Positions 56,259 to 64,000 of a DNA stretch of 64,000 bases are shown piece by piece. Position 1 is the first letter of the stretch. The number at the start of each line of letters is the position of its first letter. This stretch comes from Spirochaetia bacterium (lineage in GTDB: Bacteria > Spirochaetota > Spirochaetia > CAKZLE01), in the NCBI GenBank assembly GCA_963677595.1, contig OY782041.1:3392001-3456000 (forward strand). The letters are read 5' to 3'. The notes below the pieces were generated by a model. The model saw only the letters and a list, made by a program, of their open reading frames with translations. It ran no database searches and was not told where the DNA came from. A program made the position numbers and the translations under genes.

Positions 56259-57734
56259 TCAGTCGTACCAGCCGGGAAGCTCCTCGGAGAGCGAGACATA
56301 GATGTTCTTCGTCTGGGAATAGCTCTCCATGGCCATCAGGTGGGCATCACGCCCATAGCCTGACTGCTTGTAGCCGCCGAAGGGACTGTGGGACGGGACG
56401 AGGTTGTACTCGTTGACCCACATGGTCCCGGTCCGTACTGCCTTCGCTACTCTCATGGCCCGGTTCAGGTTACGTGTCCATACAGCGCCTGCGAGGCCGA
56501 AGTCCGAGTCATTCGCTATCCTGATGGCTTCCTCTTCGTCAGAGAAGGGGATCGCTACCAGGACCGGACCGAAGATCTCCTCCTGGGCTATCCTCATGGA
56601 GTTGTCCACATCGGCAAAGAGGGTTGGTGCGACATACGCCCCGCCTTCATACTTCGGGGTAGTGAGCCTGATACCCCCGGTGACAAGACGTGCCCCCTCC
56701 TCGATGCCGGCCTGTACATATCCCAGCACGGAGGATGCCTGGGACTCGTCGATCATCGGCCCCATGCGGACTGATTCGTCGAGCGGGTCGCCGATCCGTA
56801 CCGCTTCGAAGCGAGTCTTCAGCTCCTTTACTGTCTCCTCGTAGATATCCCGGTGGACCAGCAGTCGTGAGCCGGCATTACACATCTGTCCCTGGGCGTA
56901 GAGAACCGCGAGGAGGGCAGTATCAAGGGCCTTCCCCATCGGGGCATCGGGGAAGATGATGTTCGCCGATTTGCCCCCGAGTTCCAGGGTGGCAGGGATG
57001 ACGTTCTGCGCTGCGGCAGCAGCGATGGACCGGCCTACCTCGGTTGAGCCGGTGAACGCGATCTTATCGATACCCGGATGAGAGATCAGGTGATGCCCGG
57101 CAGTCGACCCCGGCCCCACGATGACGTTCAGGACACCGGGAGGCAGGAGGTCCGCTGTCACCTGGGCGAGCAGGAGCAGGCTCAGGGGTGTGGCCGATGC
57201 AGGCTTCGCCACGATGGTGTTCCCCGCAGCAAGGGCCGGGCACAGTTTCCACCCGGCTATGAGGAAGGGGAAATTCCAGGGGACCACTGCTGCGACGACA
57301 CCGATGGGCTCCCTGGTGATCATGCTGTAGGAGTGCTCATCGTGCCATACCAGCTTGTCCTCATGGGTCCGAATTGCCCCTGCGTAGTAGCGGAACTGGT
57401 CAATGACGGCAAGGACGTCCTCGCGCGTCTCCACGATCGCACGGCCGGTATCCATGGTCTCGGCCCGGGCGAACAGCTCAAGCTGCCCTTCGAGCCTGTC
57501 CGCGACAGCGAGCATCAGGTCCGACCGCTCCACGGCTGATACCGCGGCCCAGGAGGCGAAGGCTCCTCGGGCGCTCTCCACAGCCTGGTCCACCATGCTC
57601 GCATCTGCCTGGCAGATCTGGGCTAGGGTATCCCCGGTCGTAGGGTTTCGGTCAGGACGGTTCTCCCCGGCAGGAGAGACGAACTCCCCTGCGATGAATG
57701 AGGAGTAGTGCTCGTTAAGTTCAAATGTACTCAT
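56259..57734 (-). CDS. NAD(P)-dependent aldehyde dehydrogenase
   Basis: PWNFP, FTGSTEVG, LELGGKS, GQMC, EEIFGPV and PFGGYKQSG. Confidence 0.95.
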   Translation of the reverse strand: MSTFELNEHYSSFIAGEFVSPAGENRPDRNPTTGDTLAQICQADASMVDQAVESARGAFASWAAVSAVERSDLMLAVADRLEGQLELFARAETMDTGRAIVETREDVLAVIDQFRYYAGAIRTHEDKLVWHDEHSYSMITREPIGVVAAVVPWNFPFLIAGWKLCPALAAGNTIVAKPASATPLSLLLLAQVTADLLPPGVLNVIVGPGSTAGHHLISHPGIDKIAFTGSTEVGRSIAAAAAQNVIPATLELGGKSANIIFPDAPMGKALDTALLAVLYAQGQMCNAGSRLLVHRDIYEETVKELKTRFEAVRIGDPLDESVRMGPMIDESQASSVLGYVQAGIEEGARLVTGGIRLTTPKYEGGAYVAPTLFADVDNSMRIAQEEIFGPVLVAIPFSDEEEAIRIANDSDFGLAGAVWTRNLNRAMRVAKAVRTGTMWVNEYNLVPSHSPFGGYKQSGYGRDAHLMAMESYSQTKNIYVSLSEELPGWYD

Positions 57735-57758
57735 ATTTCCAATCCTTTTTATCTATGA

Positions 57759-59321
57759 TCAGTCCCGCACGACCTCGATCAGGGTAGGCCCCTGCTCATT
57801 GAGTGCGCCGGTGAGTGCCTCAGCCAGCTCTGTCGGGCTGGTGACCCTTCGGCTGGGGATGGCATAGGCATCAGCCAGCTTGAGGAAATCGGGATTCTTC
57901 AGGTCCACGGCGATGCGTTCACCCGGGTGTCTGGCATCCTCGGTGCGTCGTATCTCCCCGTAGCCGTCATTGTTGAACATGACCAGCGGTAGGCAGAGTC
58001 CCTGCTCGCAGGCAACGGCAAGCTCCTGCATGGTGAACTGGAACCCACCGTCCCCAGTGAGGATGCATACAGCCCTCTGCGGGTTTGCAGTCTTGGCCCC
58101 GATGGCGGCAGGCAGGGCAAAGCCCAGTGTCCCGAACCCCACGGGATGGAGGAAGCTGCGGGGCACATAGGCCGGGTATTCGCTTAACCCCAGGTAGGCC
58201 GGGGAGGTCATGTCAGAGACCAGGAGCCCGTCCCGGGGGAGGACGCTCCTGATCGCCCCAAAGATCTCCCGGTAGAAGTCGATATCAGCCTGGGGGACTC
58301 CAAGGGTAGGGGCAAGCTCTTTTGCAGCTCCCTCAAGGATCGGTGCTTTATCGAAGGAGGGTTCCATGAAGTTGAGTTTCCACACCATCTCGGAAAGGAC
58401 GGCAGCAGCATCACCGCAGACACCCACCTCACACCGGAGTTCGTTGTCAAAGTCAGCAGGGTTGATGTTCACCTGGATCAGTTTCCCCCCGAATGTGAAC
58501 GGGACTTCCCAGAGATCGGTCGGAGATAGTTCCGTTCCCACAGCCAGCACGACATCCGCGCTGTCGATCAGCTTCCTGATGCTGGGAAGGTGGATCCGGG
58601 TCCCCAAAGCCAGGGGATGGTCCTCAGGCAGCACTCCCTTCCCGCCGAGGGTAGTGATGACCGGTGCCCCGAGTCTCTGGGCAACTCCCTTCAGCTCGTT
58701 GGCCGCACCCACACTCCCTCCGCCTGCGATGATCACCGGGGAGGAGGCTTCATTCAGGATCCTGCAGGCTTCGATGAATTCCCTATTGTCGAGGATATCC
58801 TCCCCCGGGACCTCCTCGAGGACATCGAGGGGGATCTCCACATGTACCGGGCCGGGTTTTCCCTTCGAGGCGATGGCGAAAGCCTCGGTTACGGTCTTCT
58901 CGATCATATCGGCTGACATGACGATGCGGCTCTCCTTGGCTACCGAGGAGCTCAGGATAGTGGAATTCTTCAGCTCATGGAGGAAGCCGCTGTCGCGCAG
59001 CCTGGTACGGCGGGAGAGCTGGCTGGAGATCACGAGCATGGGGATAGAGTCATGCAGGGCTTCCCCCATGGCTGTCGATATGTTGGTCAGACCGGGTCCG
59101 GTGATCACCAGGGCGACCCCGGTCTTCCCGGTGCTCCTGCCGTACCCGTCAGCCATGAAACCGGCCCCTGCCTCGTTGCGTGAGGTGATGTGTTTCAGGG
59201 AACTGTGTATGAGCTCATCATAGATCCTCAGGTTATGGATTCCCGGGATCCCGAAGATATGTTCACATCCCAGGGACTCCAGGGTCTGTACCAGTATGGC
59301 TGCACCGTTCTTCTGTTTCAT
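57759..59321 (-). CDS. ThDP-dependent 2-oxoacid decarboxylase (AruI-like)
   Basis: FGIPGIHNL, RNE.GAGFMADGY, GFGTLGFALPAAIGA, GDGG..NN.GYGEI. Confidence 0.8.
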   Translation of the reverse strand: MKQKNGAAILVQTLESLGCEHIFGIPGIHNLRIYDELIHSSLKHITSRNEAGAGFMADGYGRSTGKTGVALVITGPGLTNISTAMGEALHDSIPMLVISSQLSRRTRLRDSGFLHELKNSTILSSSVAKESRIVMSADMIEKTVTEAFAIASKGKPGPVHVEIPLDVLEEVPGEDILDNREFIEACRILNEASSPVIIAGGGSVGAANELKGVAQRLGAPVITTLGGKGVLPEDHPLALGTRIHLPSIRKLIDSADVVLAVGTELSPTDLWEVPFTFGGKLIQVNINPADFDNELRCEVGVCGDAAAVLSEMVWKLNFMEPSFDKAPILEGAAKELAPTLGVPQADIDFYREIFGAIRSVLPRDGLLVSDMTSPAYLGLSEYPAYVPRSFLHPVGFGTLGFALPAAIGAKTANPQRAVCILTGDGGFQFTMQELAVACEQGLCLPLVMFNNDGYGEIRRTEDARHPGERIAVDLKNPDFLKLADAYAIPSRRVTSPTELAEALTGALNEQGPTLIEVVRD

Positions 59322-59336
59322 GTATTCCCTCTTGTC

Positions 59337-59351
59337 TGCCGTAGTACGGCA
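59337..59351. promoter_or_regulatory. Palindrome upstream of the ThDP enzyme RBS (candidate operator)
   Basis: TGCCGTA-G-TACGGCA. Confidence 0.35.
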
Positions 59352-59415
59352 ACTGTAATTCTTAGTGTATAACGTAAAAAGCTTGATGAATAAGGAGCTG
59401 TATGGTGTCTTGGGA

Positions 59416-60411
59416 TCACCCTGACACCTCCGGGTTGATGACCCGCTGTATCAGCTCGTTCCTGCCGTGTATGAAATGAATGATATTCCAGGCAGCTCTC
59501 TCCTGTACTTCCCTGAGAGAGCGCTCGGAGTAGAACGCGGAGTGGGGTGTGATGATAACATTGCTGCGTCCCACCAGGGGATGTCCGGCAAGGACCGGGT
59601 TCTCGGTTGCCAGCACATCGAGTCCTGCCCCTGAGATGGTCCCTTCATCGAGGGCGGTTATGAGGTCCTCCTCGCAGATGAGGCCCCCACGGGCGACATT
59701 GATGATATAGGGGGCTCTCTCCATCTTCCTGAACGCCTCTTTATTGAGGAATCCCTCGTTCTCCGGTGTCAGGAGCATGTTGAGGCTGATGAAATCGGCA
59801 CGGCTGTAGATCCCTTCCGGACTGACACGCTCAACATTCGCATTCTTGAACACCTCATCAGGCATGTAGGGGTCATAGGCGATCACGGTAAGGCCGAAAG
59901 CCTGGGCTCGTGCTGCCAGAGCCCTCCCTATCTTGCCGAACCCGAGGATACCCAGGACGGAGTCTGCAAGACGGAGGCATCCCTGTGCTGCGAGGTAGTC
60001 CCAGACACCCCTATTCTCGATATTCCTCTGGTGGACCTTGATCTTCTTGTTCAGGTCCAACAGCAGGGTCATTGCATGGTTGGCGACCTCCCCGCTGCAG
60101 TAATCGCTGACGTGTGAGACGAGGACCTTCTGCCCGGTCGCAGCTTCGATGTCGACGAAGTTGAAGCCGGTGGCAGCTACCGATACCATCTTCAGACGTT
60201 TCGCTTCGCTGATGACATCGGCCGTTACCGGAGCGAAGGCGGTCAGGAGGTAATCAGCATCCCGGACATTGCCGGCAAGGTCCTCTTCACCTGAGATTGC
60301 CTCGACGATTATCTCGGTATCACGGGACAGCTCCCGTCTCAGCAGGTCGTAGGAGAAGGATATGTTGTCTCCCAGTCCTTCTTCGTAATCACTGATCAGA
60401 ATCTTCATCAC
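59416..60411 (-). CDS. D-isomer-specific 2-hydroxyacid dehydrogenase (CtBP-like)
   Basis: DYC..EVA.HA, GFGKIG, INVARG, GAGLDV..E and TPHSAFYS. Confidence 0.92.
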   Translation of the reverse strand: MMKILISDYEEGLGDNISFSYDLLRRELSRDTEIIVEAISGEEDLAGNVRDADYLLTAFAPVTADVISEAKRLKMVSVAATGFNFVDIEAATGQKVLVSHVSDYCSGEVANHAMTLLLDLNKKIKVHQRNIENRGVWDYLAAQGCLRLADSVLGILGFGKIGRALAARAQAFGLTVIAYDPYMPDEVFKNANVERVSPEGIYSRADFISLNMLLTPENEGFLNKEAFRKMERAPYIINVARGGLICEEDLITALDEGTISGAGLDVLATENPVLAGHPLVGRSNVIITPHSAFYSERSLREVQERAAWNIIHFIHGRNELIQRVINPEVSG

Positions 60412-60654
60412 TCACTCTCTTTGTATGAATCTTCGCTACTCGGCATCGAATGATTCCTGATGGAATATTAAGTAAACGAAGTATTATGTCAGCATACTGA
60501 AACAGAGAGGAAAAGACAACCTCCGTATTATGCAGGTGATATGGTTAATTAAGGTTCTTGGAATGCTCATGGCTTTGTATAAATGAACCACAGTCTTGAC
60601 GTATTTCCATAAAAAAAGTTAGTATTCTAAATAAAATTACATATTGGAGTACTT

Positions 60655-61608
60655 ATGAAAAAGATCAGTATTTTTCTAGTCATACTGTTCCTGCTGTCGT
60701 TCTCCGCCATCACGGCAGAAGGTCAGAAAGAGGATGCACCACAGACGATCGTCTTTGGGGACATGTCCTGGGACAGTGTACAGGTCCATAACCGGATCAT
60801 GGGATTCATTATCGAGAATGGGCTTGACGGCTATGTGGCGGAGTATGTCGTAGGCGACACCGCTCCCATCCTCAATGGTATCGTCAATGGTGATATCGAT
60901 GTCGACATGGAGTCATGGCACTCAAACTACATGGACCTCTATGAGAAGTCCATGGCAAGCGGTGAGATGCTGAACCTCGGCGATAACTATCCAGATGGTC
61001 CCCAGGGCTGGTATGTACCGAGCTTCCTCGTGGAAGGCCCAGATGCCCCTGCACCGGACCTGAAGGGTATCTCGGACCTGCCGAAGTATGCCCACCTGTT
61101 CGAGGACCCGGAAGATCCTGGCAAGGGTGCGGTCTACGGCGGGGTCGCCGGCTGGATGCTGGTGAAGATCTCACAGGAGATGTTCGACGAGTATGGTCTG
61201 GAAGACACCTATAACTTCACCGTCGCTGGTTCCAGTACGGCACTTGCCGCTACCATGGCAGGGGCCTACCAGAAGGGAGAAGGCTGGTGCGGGTATTACT
61301 GGGAACCTTCGGCCATCCTCGGACGATTCGACATGGTACGGCTTGAAGGAAGTGAGTTCGAGCCTGCATTCGTTGACATCCTGATCAACAAGACGATGGA
61401 AGAGAAGGCTCCTGAGGTTGTCGACATCCTCAAGAAGTACTCGACCACAGTAGCTGACAACAACGAGTTCCTGGCTAAACTGTCGGAGAACGAATGGGAC
61501 AGCGAGCAGACAGCGATCTGGTTCCTCGAGAACAAGGAAGATGTCTGGACCCAGTGGGTCACCCCCGAGACGGAGAGTCGGGTGAAAGCAGCCCTCGCAG
61601 CTCTTTGA
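60655..61608 (+). CDS. Glycine betaine/proline-type ABC substrate-binding protein (OpuAC/ProX family)
   Basis: Signal peptide, SWDS, GDIDV.ME.W, GWYVP, YYWEP and W..W. TTGACG-18-TAGTAT upstream. Confidence 0.88.
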   Translation: MKKISIFLVILFLLSFSAITAEGQKEDAPQTIVFGDMSWDSVQVHNRIMGFIIENGLDGYVAEYVVGDTAPILNGIVNGDIDVDMESWHSNYMDLYEKSMASGEMLNLGDNYPDGPQGWYVPSFLVEGPDAPAPDLKGISDLPKYAHLFEDPEDPGKGAVYGGVAGWMLVKISQEMFDEYGLEDTYNFTVAGSSTALAATMAGAYQKGEGWCGYYWEPSAILGRFDMVRLEGSEFEPAFVDILINKTMEEKAPEVVDILKKYSTTVADNNEFLAKLSENEWDSEQTAIWFLENKEDVWTQWVTPETESRVKAALAAL

Positions 61609-61625
61609 TCGGAATAACCAATAAC

Positions 61626-61650
61626 GTCCGGAGAGGATGCCTCTCCGGAC
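61626..61650 (+). terminator. Hairpin after the betaine-type SBP, at the compositional boundary
   Basis: GTCCGGAGAGG-ATG-CCTCTCCGGAC. Confidence 0.65.
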
Positions 61651-61957
61651 TGTATCAACGATATAATTCGGAAAGAGTTCCTCTCATCTGAAATGATTCA
61701 CAGGAAGAGGTTTTAATCTAAACCCATAAATATAGGCCAAATAGAAGCTAAGCTTCTGGAGTGATAGGGTGTCTACAATATTGAGGGAATTCCACTATCT
61801 GAGTATTCAAGTATGTTAAGAATTGGCGATGAAGTCAAATATATCAGCTGACTCAATATGTTGAATACTAGGGCTTTCTCATGTGGACCTCTAACTGAAG
61901 CAAAAAACAAGCAAATCTTTTTCTTATTATTCATGACAAAATATGATTTCTCTGTTT

Positions 61958-63022
61958 TCATTCTATAGCAGAATGGATCATTGCTTCGAAGTTCTCTATT
62001 GGAGTATCAAGTTGAACATGGTGAGTAGGACCAAGGATAAGACCCCCATTATAACCGCAGAACTCTATTCGATCTTTGACTTCATGCCAGACATCTTTTG
62101 GAGTTTTAAACGGTAACGTTTCCTGTTCATCAATGGTTCCCCACAAGGTGAGGTTCTCCCCATATTTCTTTTTGATTTCAGCTGCATTCATACATTTGGG
62201 TTGTATGGGGTTTAGTACATCTAAACCGATTTCAATGAGATCCGGTATAATGGGTTCGATATTTCCGTCGGAATGATAACCAACATACACATTTGGATTA
62301 ATGTGCTTAAGATCTGAGATCAAGGATGCCATCCTCGGTTTTAAGTGTTTTCTCCATGTTTCAGGTGACATGATCATATGTTCTTGCCCGCCAACATCAT
62401 CACCTAACCGAATCATATCATATCCCATCCGAGTCAACTGTTTTGCAACTTCGGCATGGTACTGATATGGTATATCAAGGATTGATTCAGCTAGATCAGA
62501 GTCTAACAAGAAATCCATGAGAAGCTGCTCCATACCACGCAATGCACATCCAGTCTCAAAGATTGTTGTTACTGCACAACCAACCATAAACCAGTCATCT
62601 TTATAGAGATCAAGCAATTGAAAAGCCTTGTGATATAGTTCTGGCCTTGTTGGATCCGGGCTCCGATAAGATGAGATATCACTATCCTGTTGTAGCGGAT
62701 GCGACATGACTTCGGCATAAGAACCAGTCCCAAATTTAGTAGTATATGGGATCCTTTCATAGGCGACTCCCCATTCATCAGTAAAGTGAGGTTCCTCAGA
62801 TGAGAAATATCCATTTACCCAACCTACAGCATGCAGCAGCATATCCTGGTAAGACAACTCTTCTAAAGAGATGGAATTCCCAGCCATAGGAGTGTGATTG
62901 TCGTATACCCCATAATGGGCTGATAAACGTTCTCCGAACTCCTTGGTGAAAGAAATCTGCAGTGGTGGGCGATCTGGTTTTTCTTTAGATAGGGCTGTGT
63001 GGACTCTCTCTCTTCTATTCAT
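61958..63022 (-). CDS. URO-D/methylcobamide methyltransferase family protein
   Basis: MNRRERV..PDRPP, DEWGV, GDDVG.Q, YHSDG, LNPIQP and WGTID. Start 63022 with an AAGGA RBS. Confidence 0.88.
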   Translation of the reverse strand: MNRRERVHTALSKEKPDRPPLQISFTKEFGERLSAHYGVYDNHTPMAGNSISLEELSYQDMLLHAVGWVNGYFSSEEPHFTDEWGVAYERIPYTTKFGTGSYAEVMSHPLQQDSDISSYRSPDPTRPELYHKAFQLLDLYKDDWFMVGCAVTTIFETGCALRGMEQLLMDFLLDSDLAESILDIPYQYHAEVAKQLTRMGYDMIRLGDDVGGQEHMIMSPETWRKHLKPRMASLISDLKHINPNVYVGYHSDGNIEPIIPDLIEIGLDVLNPIQPKCMNAAEIKKKYGENLTLWGTIDEQETLPFKTPKDVWHEVKDRIEFCGYNGGLILGPTHHVQLDTPIENFEAMIHSAIE

Positions 63023-64000
63023 GGTGTTTTCCTTCTGTCTCATATCCCCAATTTGACAGGTAGAGTTCCAGCTCATTGGGATTAAGAGCCGTTGCGAATT
63101 TCCGAGTATACCCATAGTCTTCAAGAAGCTCGAAACCGCTTTTAAATTGATCATTCCTTTCCTGTAACAAAGTATTTAATCGAATCTGTAGCTGATGCAT
63201 GATCTCAAAAGCTTCTGCTTTTCCTACAAGATTATGGAGTTGTTTGGGATCTTTTTCTAAATCATAACATAACCAGGGTCCCTGCTTGTCTATCACATAG
63301 AGAAATTGGTTTGTTCTAATACCTCTATATTCCCTGCCTGTATATCCAAGTTCCCCACCGTCAGAATCTCTTGTCCATTGTCCCCCTGTTTGGTATACAC
63401 TTATTAGAGCACAATCCTCTTCCAGTGTTTCTTCTTTCTTCAAATATCCGGAGTAATCGGTACCTTCCAATATGTTTGGTATATCTGCTGATAACAATCC
63501 AAGCAGGGTAGGGAGTATATCCTGTGGTTCTATCATCGCATCAGGATATACTCCTGGTTCTACACCAAGATATGCTGGAGTCTGTATAAGGAAGGGGACC
63601 AGAATCGATTCCTCAAAGGGGACCTGTTTTTTCCACAATCCATGAGACCCGAGCATGTCTCCATGATCTGAAGTAAAGATCAGTATCGTATTCTCATCAA
63701 GACCAGACTTTTTTAGGAAAGCCCTGATCTTGCCAAAACTGTTATCCAAGGCTGTACAGTGGGCATAATAACCTTCGAGCATATTGGATGACTGAAGCCT
63801 GCAGGAAGCTGGCACGTTCTCAGATATCTCCAAGTCCTCAGCCTGGTATAGCCCCGCTACATCCTCAGGATATTGATCATAAGGAGAGTCTCTCATATAT
63901 GGCGGCGGAGCATGGGGTGGTCCCCATGAGAGAAACAAGCAAAACGGGTTACTGTTATGTTTCTTTTGCTTGGCCATATATGAAATAGCATCATCAGTTT
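63015..64000 (-). CDS. Sulfatase (C-terminal part, truncated by window edge)
   Basis: PFCLFLSWGPPH.P, YYA....D, NTI.IFTSDHGDMLG.HG...K and YDL..DP.QL.NL. The frame stays open to the window end. Confidence 0.88.
   Translation of the reverse strand, partial: TDDAISYMAKQKKHNSNPFCLFLSWGPPHAPPPYMRDSPYDQYPEDVAGLYQAEDLEISENVPASCRLQSSNMLEGYYAHCTALDNSFGKIRAFLKKSGLDENTILIFTSDHGDMLGSHGLWKKQVPFEESILVPFLIQTPAYLGVEPGVYPDAMIEPQDILPTLLGLLSADIPNILEGTDYSGYLKKEETLEEDCALISVYQTGGQWTRDSDGGELGYTGREYRGIRTNQFLYVIDKQGPWLCYDLEKDPKQLHNLVGKAEAFEIMHQLQIRLNTLLQERNDQFKSGFELLEDYGYTRKFATALNPNELELYLSNWGYETEGKHHE

Noticed and set aside
61773-61961. 62-aa ORF overlapping the URO-D stop (ATGA)
   Set aside because: No recognisable motif, in AT-rich boundary DNA. 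Cannot be supported as a gene.
1-64000. CRISPR arrays, tRNA/rRNA, transposases, integrases, phage genes
   Set aside because: No regularly spaced repeats, cloverleaf or rRNA signatures, or recombinase motifs were recognised by eye.

Overview
A GC-rich bacterial window, most likely from a free-living anaerobic spirochaete. The inference rests on the solute-binding proteins with MKK-hydrophobic-(A)GxxE N-termini, a DUF4032-like protein and a spirochaete-type lipoprotein/beta-barrel pair. The window is dominated by catabolic loci: three TRAP systems, one sugar ABC system with a YesM/YesN pair, GH106-like, GH78, GH43 and GH32 hydrolases, and a keto-acid decarboxylase/ALDH unit. It also carries four c-di-GMP enzymes, a hicAB pair, an orphan higA, a Schlafen/AlbA protein, and the edge of a lower-GC sulfatase segment at the right end. 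The most striking feature is the 39.8-53.4 kb cluster: two aroQ copies (one lacking the catalytic His/Glu), a TIM barrel without metal ligands, TRAP, a CHA/HMG-type aldolase, an Ldh_2 dehydrogenase, an aldehyde:ferredoxin oxidoreductase with MoaD, an SDR, a cupin, an IolN-like ring hydrolase, a Zn-dehydrogenase, an M24 hydrolase and GntR. By inference its gene content assembles into an oxygen-independent, non-aromatic quinate/shikimate ring-cleavage pathway ending in pyruvate + oxaloacetate. No rRNA, tRNA, CRISPR array or transposase was recognised. All family calls come from motif recognition by eye, not from database searches.
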